Positions 46,124 to 55,212 of a stretch of 64,000 nt of DNA are shown here, one piece after another. This stretch comes from a virus: positions 1-64,000 of the IMG/VR virus record IMGVR_UViG_3300044996_000496; one strand, written 5' to 3'. The position numbers and the translations under genes were made by a program. Each line of letters begins with the position of its first letter. Position 1 is the stretch's first letter. The notes beneath the pieces are model-generated. The model searched no databases, had not been told where the DNA came from, and saw nothing but the letters and a program-made list of their open reading frames with translations.

Positions 46124-48520
46124 GTGATGAATGGTCAAATTGAATTTAACAAGGATCTTATAACGCTTCTTTGGTATGGAGATTCTCCGTGTGTATCAAC
46201 TGGATTTGGCATAGTCAGTCAGAGTGTATTGTTTAGATTATGGCAAACTGGTAAATATAGAATAGTTGCCGTTGGAATTAATGATCGAGGCGAAGACCAC
46301 CCATTAAAAAAGCTCCCAAATTTCCATGTTATGCCCTGTCCTTATCTTGACAGGGATCCATATGGTTATCAAGTGTTGCCGGAAGCGATTAAGCGATTTA
46401 AACCAGATGTCATTTTTGCTTTAAATGACATTTGGTTACTTGCTGGCGATAGTGGTAAGGGGAATCTAAATTGGTGGGAGAGTTTGTTGCGCCAGCATGC
46501 CCCAGGTGTGCCGTGGGCAATATACTTCCCAATTGATGGTCGTCCTCTTGCTAAGGAGTGGGGGCGCGTTATGCGCTCCTCGTGGTCGCCTGTTGTATAC
46601 AGTAAATACGGATATGATGTTATTAAAGATGAAATACCTGATGTTAATCCTGAGTTGATTTATCATGGAGTTGATCTTGAGACGTTTAGGCCGATAGGTG
46701 ATAAAGAAAAAATACTTTTTGTTAGAAGACATTTGGGTATTCCAGAAGATCATAAACTTATTGGTGTAGTTGGCAGAAATCAGCCAAGAAAGAACATACC
46801 GCTTGCTCTTAGGATATTTAAGTATTTTAAGGATGGGTATAAAAAATGTAAAAATTGTGGTGGATATGCATCATTACATGAAAGATCGTGTGAGTTGTGT
46901 GGTATGAGTGATTTTGATAAAGTATATGATGGATTTAACAAAGTTTCTATGTATTTGCATATGAACTTAAGAGATGGATTTGGATTTAACATTCCTAAGG
47001 TAATAGCTGATGAGAAGGTAAGTGGAATATCTTTTAATCCCGATCATCATATTGCTCATGGCGTTCCGGCTGAGGTTTTGAATTTACTATATAATTCTTT
47101 TGATGTTATGTTTTTGCCAACTATGAGTGAAGGATTTTGTCTTCCAATTTTGGAGTCAATGGCCGCTGGTACACCAGTGATAGCAACAGCCGGAACTGCC
47201 CAAAAAGAATTACTTGTGGATGGTGGCGGAATTCCAATTATTCCACAAGATTATATTATTTTAACCGATGCTGCAAATGTAAGACGACATATTATGCGTA
47301 TACCGGACGCAGTAAATGCTCTTGAAAAGATTCTAACTGATCAAAAATATCATGATGAGTTGGCAATAAAAGGGCTTAGATACGCAGCCTCTCGCGGGTG
47401 GGATGTGTCGGCTCAGCAGTTTGATGAGTTAGTTACTAAAATGTTGAATAAGCGTATATCAGTTGTTGATTCTTTCAATGAAACTAAAGAACCAAAAATT
47501 TTATTCTATAGACCAATAGGTTCTGCTGGAGATATATTAATTACAACCCCAGTAATACACGCTGTTCGTGAATTGTATAAGGATTCAGATATAGTGTATG
47601 CTGTTCCTGAAAAATATATAGAGTTATTAGATGGGAACGATGATATAAATAAAGTTATTCCATGTGATTTTATGTGGGATGGCAGTAGAAGAAAGGGCGC
47701 TGCACAGTCAACCAAAATAGCTAAAGTTGATTTATTTGGAGTCGAGGATAGAATAGAGTCTGCTTTAGCTCCAAATGTTATTTTTAGTAGACAAGAGATT
47801 TATTCTAATCATTGCAAGGTAAAGCCAGAGAGTATGAAGTCGGTGTACAATATTTCTGCACAAGAAAAAGAGTGGGCAGATGCTCTAATTCCGCAGAACG
47901 GTGAGTACAAAATAGGTATAAAGGTTGACACCGAAGAGCCGTATTTGGCTATTAGTGCTGGAGAATGGATAAAATTAATTGAGTTTTTCGTAAAACGTAA
48001 TGATGAGAAAATTTATATTTTCGTACAAGATAGAGCGCATTTCCCAGTTGATGAGTGGATGAGGCTTGTTCCAGATGGAGTTACTGTTTTTTGTTTTGAT
48101 AAAGAAGAAAAACCATACAGAAAAATGATAGCAGCAATGAATAATATGAATATGATCGTTTCTTGTGATGGAAGTTTTATTCACTTTGCTGGGATGCTTG
48201 GGAAACCGCTTGTTGCAATTTATGGACCAAATGATTGGCGACAAAAGTTAAAACATTATAAGAATGTGTTTCCGGTATTTAACTCAATGTGTCAAATGAT
48301 GCCTTGCTGGAGAAATCAGAATTCTCCATGTAGATTAACTGGTCAACAAGAGAGTGTGTGTTTAAGGGAAATGAAGGCCGGGATGATAGTATCCGCTATA
48401 ATTAAGGCAAAAAAAGAATCGCTAATATCTGAAAATAAATCAGTAGCAAAAACACAAGAAGAGATTCAAAGAAAAACAATATTAAGGGAAAAAAGAAAGC
48501 AAAGAAGGAACAGAAGATAA
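46124..48520 (+). CDS. Bifunctional glycosyltransferase: GT4 domain (with Zn-ribbon insert) fused to a GT9-like domain
   Basis: DSP...TGFG, IYHGVD..TF, GRNQPRKN, EGFCLPILESMAAGTPVI; then GDILITTPVI and DGSFIHFAG.LGKP.VAIYGP. Confidence 0.88.
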   Translation: MMNGQIEFNKDLITLLWYGDSPCVSTGFGIVSQSVLFRLWQTGKYRIVAVGINDRGEDHPLKKLPNFHVMPCPYLDRDPYGYQVLPEAIKRFKPDVIFALNDIWLLAGDSGKGNLNWWESLLRQHAPGVPWAIYFPIDGRPLAKEWGRVMRSSWSPVVYSKYGYDVIKDEIPDVNPELIYHGVDLETFRPIGDKEKILFVRRHLGIPEDHKLIGVVGRNQPRKNIPLALRIFKYFKDGYKKCKNCGGYASLHERSCELCGMSDFDKVYDGFNKVSMYLHMNLRDGFGFNIPKVIADEKVSGISFNPDHHIAHGVPAEVLNLLYNSFDVMFLPTMSEGFCLPILESMAAGTPVIATAGTAQKELLVDGGGIPIIPQDYIILTDAANVRRHIMRIPDAVNALEKILTDQKYHDELAIKGLRYAASRGWDVSAQQFDELVTKMLNKRISVVDSFNETKEPKILFYRPIGSAGDILITTPVIHAVRELYKDSDIVYAVPEKYIELLDGNDDINKVIPCDFMWDGSRRKGAAQSTKIAKVDLFGVEDRIESALAPNVIFSRQEIYSNHCKVKPESMKSVYNISAQEKEWADALIPQNGEYKIGIKVDTEEPYLAISAGEWIKLIEFFVKRNDEKIYIFVQDRAHFPVDEWMRLVPDGVTVFCFDKEEKPYRKMIAAMNNMNMIVSCDGSFIHFAGMLGKPLVAIYGPNDWRQKLKHYKNVFPVFNSMCQMMPCWRNQNSPCRLTGQQESVCLREMKAGMIVSAIIKAKKESLISENKSVAKTQEEIQRKTILREKRKQRRNRR

Positions 48521-49629
48521 TGAAAAAGCTAAATGTATTTTTCCCAGTGCCAAGAATTTATGGTCCATCGTTGCACGAGACAAAGAATAAGTTATTTGAA
48601 TACGGTAAAGATTTTGCAAAAGAGGCTGACGATTGGATAGATGCTGATGTTATAGTTTTACAATTAATAGGAGACCCGGACAGAAAAAATTTAGTTCATC
48701 CGTCTGAGGTAGTTTTTAGTGATTTAATTAAAGTAATTATGGATAATATGAATCATATTCCAACTATTGTTTTTCCGTTGTGCAATATAAACAATACCAG
48801 CAATTGGAGATATTTATTTGAAAATGCTTCTATGATTTACAGTTATTTAGATGTTGATTATCAAATTAAGCACGTTGATGGGCAATTATTACCATTTGTG
48901 TTTAATAAGTCAGTTGTTGTGCGAGAGCCTCTTGGGGTGGAACCTGGAGATTTTTTTAGAGAAGACGATATGCAAAAACAATATTTAATTTATACATTTG
49001 GATTTGATAAAGAGACAGAATCAATAGACATAATTTTTGATGCAACAGTATTATTTAACTCAACCAGAGAAAATTTGGGTCTTCCGATATTGAAGATGTT
49101 GCATAGCGGGAGGGACTTTGGTTTTGATAGTAAGTATTATCAATTTGAGACGCCTGCTCCACAAAATCAAAAGGGTATAGTTAGAGCTAGGTACAATAGT
49201 TCTTACTTTGCCAATGCGCTTAGAGCAGACGCTTGGGTTGAGGGTGGATTTGAGATGGCTAACATAGAGGCTCCGTTGTGTGGATGTCAACCTATAACTT
49301 ATAATTTTGAGTGTTATCAGCATTGGTTTAAGGGTATTTCGGAATTTGTTAATGTTCCACTAAACACAGACCCAAGAAGTTTATCTAATAGAAAACACGT
49401 TGTTGAGCAATTGGTTAATATTTTTAATCGTGGAACTAATGGAAGAGATAAAATCTATAAGTATACTGTTTCAGTTAATGATAGTGATGATGAAGATGAA
49501 AAAACTAAAGAAATTGGAAGTAAATTAGATTTGTTTGACGATAAAAGAAACATGATTTATGAAAGATTTTTGTGGGAAAATGTTGCAAGTACATTTTGGA
49601 AAGAGGTGTTGAATAAATGTGCAAAATAA
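48520..49629 (+). CDS. Divergent GT-B (GT4-like) glycosyltransferase
   Basis: PLGV...F, GGFEMANIEA.LCGC.PI, F.WE.VA..FW. Confidence 0.7.
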   Translation: MKKLNVFFPVPRIYGPSLHETKNKLFEYGKDFAKEADDWIDADVIVLQLIGDPDRKNLVHPSEVVFSDLIKVIMDNMNHIPTIVFPLCNINNTSNWRYLFENASMIYSYLDVDYQIKHVDGQLLPFVFNKSVVVREPLGVEPGDFFREDDMQKQYLIYTFGFDKETESIDIIFDATVLFNSTRENLGLPILKMLHSGRDFGFDSKYYQFETPAPQNQKGIVRARYNSSYFANALRADAWVEGGFEMANIEAPLCGCQPITYNFECYQHWFKGISEFVNVPLNTDPRSLSNRKHVVEQLVNIFNRGTNGRDKIYKYTVSVNDSDDEDEKTKEIGSKLDLFDDKRNMIYERFLWENVASTFWKEVLNKCAK

Positions 49630-50354
49630 GTATTGTTACTGTTTTAAGAAATTCAGCTCATATATTTGATAAGTTTATTGATTGTATTGCCAGTAACATG
49701 GGTTTAGATTACGAATTAATCTTAGTTGATAATCATAGTAGAAAAGATTGTGCTAGTTTTTATGATTATGTGTTGTGTAAGCATTCATTGCAAGATAATG
49801 TTTTATTTATTAATAATGATAAAAATTTAATGTTTACAAGAGCCGTAAACCAAGGATTGGAAAAATCCAGTGGACAATACATATGGTTGTTAAATCCAGA
49901 TGTATATATCGAAAAGGATGTTGATAAAAAATCTGTTGATTTTTTTGTTAATCATTTAAATATTGGTATTGCTGGATATAAACTTGTTAAAGTTGATGGA
50001 TTTATTGAGCATGCCGGAATATGGGAAGAGGGTGGCGATCATAGGGGGCGTGGAGAGTTAGACGGTGCCGATAAGTATAATACTCCAGAGTGTTGTAGGT
50101 GGGTTACCTTTGGCGCTGCCATGTTTACTCGTGATCTGTATATTAAGTTAGGAACATTGGATGATAAAATATATCCACATTTTGGATCAGACAGAGAGTA
50201 TTGTGATAGGGCTAAAAAAAGTGGATACGATGTGTGGTATTTGCCGTATAAGTTAATACATGTTTATGGTAACTCTTGTAGACCTTATGTTTTTGATGAT
50301 TTACCTGATTATCTTATGGAAAACGGGAAACCAGCAAGAAAAATATGGAAGTAG
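49617..50354 (+). CDS. Glycosyltransferase family 2
   Basis: ISIV, ELILVDNHS, NQG, LLNPD, SDREYC.RAK.SG. Confidence 0.9.
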   Translation: MCKISIVTVLRNSAHIFDKFIDCIASNMGLDYELILVDNHSRKDCASFYDYVLCKHSLQDNVLFINNDKNLMFTRAVNQGLEKSSGQYIWLLNPDVYIEKDVDKKSVDFFVNHLNIGIAGYKLVKVDGFIEHAGIWEEGGDHRGRGELDGADKYNTPECCRWVTFGAAMFTRDLYIKLGTLDDKIYPHFGSDREYCDRAKKSGYDVWYLPYKLIHVYGNSCRPYVFDDLPDYLMENGKPARKIWK

Positions 50355-50369
50355 GATGGTGGATCTTTT

Positions 50370-51431
50370 ATGTCTTATTCTGATATAACAATTACTTTTG
50401 ATGCTATAGCTGAGGCAGAGTCTATAAACATTTGTAAGGCTGATACTGAAGGCGGGGTATATGCTGTTATAGCGAATGTTGCCGCAGACTCAACAAGTTA
50501 TGTGGATAAATTTGGAACAATAGGAAGTTGGTACGCAGTAGCCCCTGTTATTAGTGGATTTGAGTATGGCTCTTTGAGAAACTGGCAAATGGGGTTTGGC
50601 CGCGATATAGATTTAATGGCGGATCAGGTAAGAAGATTATTGCCAGATCCCAAATCTACGTTTTCCCCGCAGACTCGCGAGGAGCTTGGCACTGCAAGTG
50701 GATCACTAGCATCTCCCACAGATGAGGAATTTGAGGTTGACTATTTGCCGATGGCTGCTTATGGCGTTTTTCTTTGGGTTGACCGATATCCATACGAATT
50801 AATTATTCATTCTGGATTTTTGGACTCTAATCGCAATCAGGCTATTTTGAGCAGGGAGAATGGTACGTTTGTTGTTCCGTATTGTAAACATTCTGGAACG
50901 GTATACGCTAACTATATTTGGGAAGAGCCTAAAGCATATAAATTTTCCGATTATGAGATAAGGCTGTTCTTAAAGGACTCGGTTCCAGAAATCAATAGTA
51001 TGTTTGGATGTTCGATAGCAACCAGTGGACTTGGTGACGATTTAACATTTACGTCAACCCTTACACCAACTCAATCGCAGGCTCTTGTTCTTATGGCTAC
51101 AATATCGGCCAAGCAGGCGCTGAAGTCAACTGGTACTCTTGACGCAATTTACATAAAAGATGGAGACACGGTAATTGATACATCTAGAGCACTAAAGACA
51201 GCAAGAGATGAAATTAGCGACTTACGGCATAGATTGCAGCAATTATTGGAAAATAGTTACATGTATGATCAGGTTGCAGAGTCAGCTGGATATTGGGTTG
51301 GATACCGTATAGACAATTATTCAACCGCCGTAGACGATACTCAAACTGGTTTGATTTCAATAGGGGCATATATGGAGTTGAATAACATAAGCGAAGGGAA
51401 GGCGCTTATGCAAGGATACGATAATTCATAA
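50370..51431 (+). CDS. Putative head-tail adaptor / virion protein
   Basis: Position; VRRLL.D, FSD.EI..FL..S...IN, IKDGDT.IDTS; N-terminal FN3-like segment. Confidence 0.55.
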   Translation: MSYSDITITFDAIAEAESINICKADTEGGVYAVIANVAADSTSYVDKFGTIGSWYAVAPVISGFEYGSLRNWQMGFGRDIDLMADQVRRLLPDPKSTFSPQTREELGTASGSLASPTDEEFEVDYLPMAAYGVFLWVDRYPYELIIHSGFLDSNRNQAILSRENGTFVVPYCKHSGTVYANYIWEEPKAYKFSDYEIRLFLKDSVPEINSMFGCSIATSGLGDDLTFTSTLTPTQSQALVLMATISAKQALKSTGTLDAIYIKDGDTVIDTSRALKTARDEISDLRHRLQQLLENSYMYDQVAESAGYWVGYRIDNYSTAVDDTQTGLISIGAYMELNNISEGKALMQGYDNS

Positions 51432-51445
51432 ACAATGGAGGAAAC

Positions 51446-51691
51446 ATGTCACTGCAAGCTGCTAGTCAAGCAACTATTGGAGTAAGAAAAGTGTTTGCGT
51501 ACTGCGTGTGTATACTTAGCGTCACGCTTCTTGCATATTTTGATAAACCTATTCCAGAGCAGATTATATGGATTACTGGATTTTTCTTTGGCGCTAATTT
51601 AATTGGTCAACAAATTAGTAAATCATCCAATGGAGCCAATGGATCCAGTGTGAGTAATGGCAAAAGCGGAACAGCTGGTGGTGTTAGTTAA
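51446..51691 (+). CDS. Holin-like small two-TM protein
   Basis: RK followed by two hydrophobic helices and GFFFGAN; GGAGG RBS. Confidence 0.5.
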   Translation: MSLQAASQATIGVRKVFAYCVCILSVTLLAYFDKPIPEQIIWITGFFFGANLIGQQISKSSNGANGSSVSNGKSGTAGGVS

Positions 51692-51693
51692 TT

Positions 51694-52170
51694 ATGGGCG
51701 GTAAGTACGTTAAAGATCATCACGTAAAGTTGTTTCAAACAATTACAAGTCAAGTTCGCAGAGATCTTGGACGTACTATATATATTTATGTTGTTAATTC
51801 GGATCCGACAGTTACTACCGAAGATGGATATGATCCAATTAATAAGGAGCAGGTAAACCCGTCTGATACTCTGGAAAGAGATGAAACTGTGTATACTATA
51901 ACCGATGTTTCAATTAAGTACGGCCCAGAGTCTGAGCAATTTATTCTAACGCCAGGAGGTAGGCTCGAAGACGGCGAAGTAAGAGTAAAAATGGATTTAT
52001 CAAAAGTTCTTGTTGATCCGTCTGATGTCAATGGGGACACATTATTTGATAGTGCAAGAATTATAGTTGTTGATGGTAGAGATTATGTTTTAAAGGGTAA
52101 ACCAATCAAGGGGGGGCTTAGGGATCTATACTCTCTGGTAGCCAGACTTAAGCTGGCTGATGTGGATTAG
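51694..52170 (+). CDS. Putative head-closure/stopper protein
   Basis: Beta-rich 158 aa; G.L..G, I.VDGRDY; position. Confidence 0.55.
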   Translation: MGGKYVKDHHVKLFQTITSQVRRDLGRTIYIYVVNSDPTVTTEDGYDPINKEQVNPSDTLERDETVYTITDVSIKYGPESEQFILTPGGRLEDGEVRVKMDLSKVLVDPSDVNGDTLFDSARIIVVDGRDYVLKGKPIKGGLRDLYSLVARLKLADVD

Positions 52171-52178
52171 GAGACAAC

Positions 52179-52421
52179 ATGGAAAGAAATATTATAGAGG
52201 AAATAATTTTAGTTGATGATTCTGTTACTGGTGAGTTAAATATTGCTAAAAACTCTGCTATAAAGCATATCATGAGAGCGATTGAGTTAGTTATTCCAAG
52301 GGATCATCCAAAGAAAAGGGATATTAGAAGTATTGTTTTGGATGAGATAAATGCATATCATAGAATTGTTTGTAAGTTAATGAGTGATACCGCAAAGGAT
52401 GTAGATAAATGTGGGAGTTAG
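52179..52421 (+). CDS. Hypothetical protein
   Basis: 80 aa; AGGAG RBS. Confidence 0.6.
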   Translation: MERNIIEEIILVDDSVTGELNIAKNSAIKHIMRAIELVIPRDHPKKRDIRSIVLDEINAYHRIVCKLMSDTAKDVDKCGS

Positions 52422-53256
52422 AGCATTTGTTGATCCAGAAATAGAAAGTACTTACGCAATTTCTTGTACATTTGCTGTTTCTGAAGGATATATTAAAAAT
52501 CTTATGGACGCGGCTGATTATGTAAGTGCCGCGTTTGTTATTTTTAATAAATCACATGTTCGCAGGTTGTTTTCAGCAGGTGCTGCTGTTAATTTTTATA
52601 AACAAGCAAAATCTTTGTCTGATGGGTTGAAAAAGTTATCAAAAATATCAAATAACAATAGATCAAAAATAATGTTAAATAGAATTGCAAAGAGAATTTG
52701 GAGAAATATTGTTAATAGATATGATGCATATCCAGACAGAACCTCTCCAAAGGAAACTAATCCCCTCAGGGGGGCCGGGGCAATTAGCAGAGTGCTTAAG
52801 GATCCAAGCGTGATGATTAGTGAAGTTAAGGAGCTAAAGCGAGGTCAATCTACACAAGCTATTAATGTTGGAATAGGCAATATAAGTGCTTTGAATGAGT
52901 CTACAAATTGGATTTATAGAAGACCAAGGGGCGCTGGGAATGAAGATGCGGAAGCTCAAAAAATGCCGTTTAGATCTCTTTATCCTGATTACAGTACGAT
53001 ATTTAGTCAAAAGATTGTTGGAAATGTTGAGGGATGGTGGGAGTTTCAACAGACTGGACCATTCCCGCCACCAAATTTTCAATCAAAAAATAGAAAATTT
53101 ATGATTCTTGGAATGACTGGAAGACAGTTCAGTATCCACAGTGAGGATGTTGAGTTATTTGATAGTATTTCTGCTGATGTGTTGTATAATAATTTATTAT
53201 CGGAAGTAGTAAGAATTGCTAAAAAAGTTCATAAATATAAGCAGGCACAACAATGA
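52411..53256 (+). CDS. Putative neck / tail-completion protein
   Basis: Basic 281-aa protein; WWEFQQTG motif; position. Confidence 0.5.
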   Translation: MGVRAFVDPEIESTYAISCTFAVSEGYIKNLMDAADYVSAAFVIFNKSHVRRLFSAGAAVNFYKQAKSLSDGLKKLSKISNNNRSKIMLNRIAKRIWRNIVNRYDAYPDRTSPKETNPLRGAGAISRVLKDPSVMISEVKELKRGQSTQAINVGIGNISALNESTNWIYRRPRGAGNEDAEAQKMPFRSLYPDYSTIFSQKIVGNVEGWWEFQQTGPFPPPNFQSKNRKFMILGMTGRQFSIHSEDVELFDSISADVLYNNLLSEVVRIAKKVHKYKQAQQ

Positions 53257-54602
53257 AGTCTATAGCAGTATATCCAAAATTTGAGACAAGTACTATTGTT
53301 GTTAATGGTTTACCTATTTTATATGGTTATTCTTTTGGGTATTTTATGGGATTCTCTAGAACATCTTATACTAGTTCTCGTTTGTTTGTTTATGATAATT
53401 CATTTGTTGATACTGATGGAATTGTGTTTGGTCAATCGCATACATATAATCCAAGACTTCCTGGTGGCATTAGGGATAATTGGTATGTTATGAGAGGGTT
53501 TGTAAAATTTGATACAAAATGTATAGGAAATCTGTTAACGTCTGGATATAGATTTGCAAGTTGTCAATTGGTAATTAATCCTAATTATGTGTATTATGAT
53601 AATGACTGGAATTTGGTTATTTATTTTGATTCTGGAAAACGCGGGAACAGTGTATCTATGATTGATGCTGGAATGACGAACAATATTTATTATGATCAAA
53701 ATAGTAATTATGCTATTTCTGGATATGATAATATAATTTTTTCTTGGAATGATGTTTTTATAGGCGAGACCGAGTTTGAGCCATATTTTCTTAAAAATTT
53801 ATTTTGGGATTATTTTGCTTCTTGTTTTGATCAAGTTGCTGCAACTGTTTCGGTTAGTGGAAATTTTAGTGCGGGGTTAAATACATTTATTCAAATCCCA
53901 TTATATTGTATTAATGTATCTGGATGTACTGAACTAAAATTTGTTAATGAAAACGAATTTAATCAATCAAGCCCAGGGGGCGCTGGTGAGACTACGGCAT
54001 CGGAGTATATTTCGTGCGGTACTGATGATTTATATTTAAAATTTTCATTGTTTCAGATGAAAACTTTGCGTTTGACTGATATGAGTGTAATATATACTAT
54101 TCAAGATATGTTTAATAATGCTGCATCTATTAGCGGGTATCTTGATAACTCTGTTTCTGATGGTTACCCGGAAACGCCAGATGGTTTGTCGTTACCGGAA
54201 GTTGTCGTTGAACATCTGGCAACTGCCGATGATTCTGTTCAAATAGCTGGAGATTACATGTATTATGTTAGAGATTTTGGTATAGAAATTTTTGCTAAAA
54301 ATTTTGGAGAATTAGATGATATAATAAATATATTGCATAGTGGATTTTCTGATACATTATGGTTTCCGATTTATGACTGGAATATGAGTCCAGATGGTCC
54401 TGCAGATATTTTACCGATAATTGGTTATTTTGAAATAACAGATATAAGGTCAGTGCCAATAAATGATAGAAGCGACCATGTTAATTTAAAAAATAGATCA
54501 TCTCTTATTATTAGCACAAGGTCGAAAATGCATAACTATAAATTTGATAATTTTTATTTAAATATTGGGTATTCAAATTGGTATGATATGGTGAGGGCAT
54601 AA
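53253..54602 (+). CDS. Virion protein: N-terminal beta domain fused to a tail-terminator-like domain
   Basis: C-terminal ~180 aa similar to 54605..55126 (YPE.PD.LS, Q.., RDF.I.IF, G..DD). Confidence 0.6.
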   Translation: MKSIAVYPKFETSTIVVNGLPILYGYSFGYFMGFSRTSYTSSRLFVYDNSFVDTDGIVFGQSHTYNPRLPGGIRDNWYVMRGFVKFDTKCIGNLLTSGYRFASCQLVINPNYVYYDNDWNLVIYFDSGKRGNSVSMIDAGMTNNIYYDQNSNYAISGYDNIIFSWNDVFIGETEFEPYFLKNLFWDYFASCFDQVAATVSVSGNFSAGLNTFIQIPLYCINVSGCTELKFVNENEFNQSSPGGAGETTASEYISCGTDDLYLKFSLFQMKTLRLTDMSVIYTIQDMFNNAASISGYLDNSVSDGYPETPDGLSLPEVVVEHLATADDSVQIAGDYMYYVRDFGIEIFAKNFGELDDIINILHSGFSDTLWFPIYDWNMSPDGPADILPIIGYFEITDIRSVPINDRSDHVNLKNRSSLIISTRSKMHNYKFDNFYLNIGYSNWYDMVRA

Positions 54603-54604
54603 CT

Positions 54605-55126
54605 ATGACGTACTTAATGTCTCCAATAAGGATGGCGAGCCAGTCCATGGTTTACTACACAGTTAGTGGACTTATAGACTCCATGTATTCGCCTAACTTG
54701 ATAGCATATGAAAACATAATAATATCATATCCAGAATTGCCGGATAAACTGTCTAATTCTACGGTTGCTGTTAATATTCATAGATTATCTGAGTATGATT
54801 TTCAGTTGGGAGATAAAAACTCTTTTCAGAGAGATTTTGATATTACTATTTTTGTAACCGCAGATGGTTATAGAGATGATGTTGGACAGGCGTTATTTGA
54901 TCATTTTAAAGAAGCTGAGATATATTTAAAAAATTATAATAATGGATTCCCTCAGCCGTTCGGCGATGCTGCAGAACCCGAGACAATAGGTATAATAGAG
55001 GTTCAAAAGGGTCTTAGTATGTTTCCTATCTATACATATTATTCCACAGGAAGCGCAATTTCTCAGAATTTGTTAAAACATGTTATGCGCATACAAGGTG
55101 TCGTGTGGATTACTTATGAAGTATAG
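54605..55126 (+). CDS. Putative tail terminator protein
   Basis: 173 aa directly before the tail tube gene. Confidence 0.6.
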   Translation: MTYLMSPIRMASQSMVYYTVSGLIDSMYSPNLIAYENIIISYPELPDKLSNSTVAVNIHRLSEYDFQLGDKNSFQRDFDITIFVTADGYRDDVGQALFDHFKEAEIYLKNYNNGFPQPFGDAAEPETIGIIEVQKGLSMFPIYTYYSTGSAISQNLLKHVMRIQGVVWITYEV

Positions 55127-55212
55127 TCCAAACTAAGTAGTTAAATTGTATATAAATGTAGAGAATTAGGGCACTTGTGTACCTTTAATTTGTTCAGGGG
55201 GTGAGATAAAAC

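Noticed and set aside
42560-55160. TGTATATA as a late promoter upstream of the protease and tail tube genes
   Set aside because: Only two short AT-rich matches in an AT-rich genome; not distinguishable from chance by eye.
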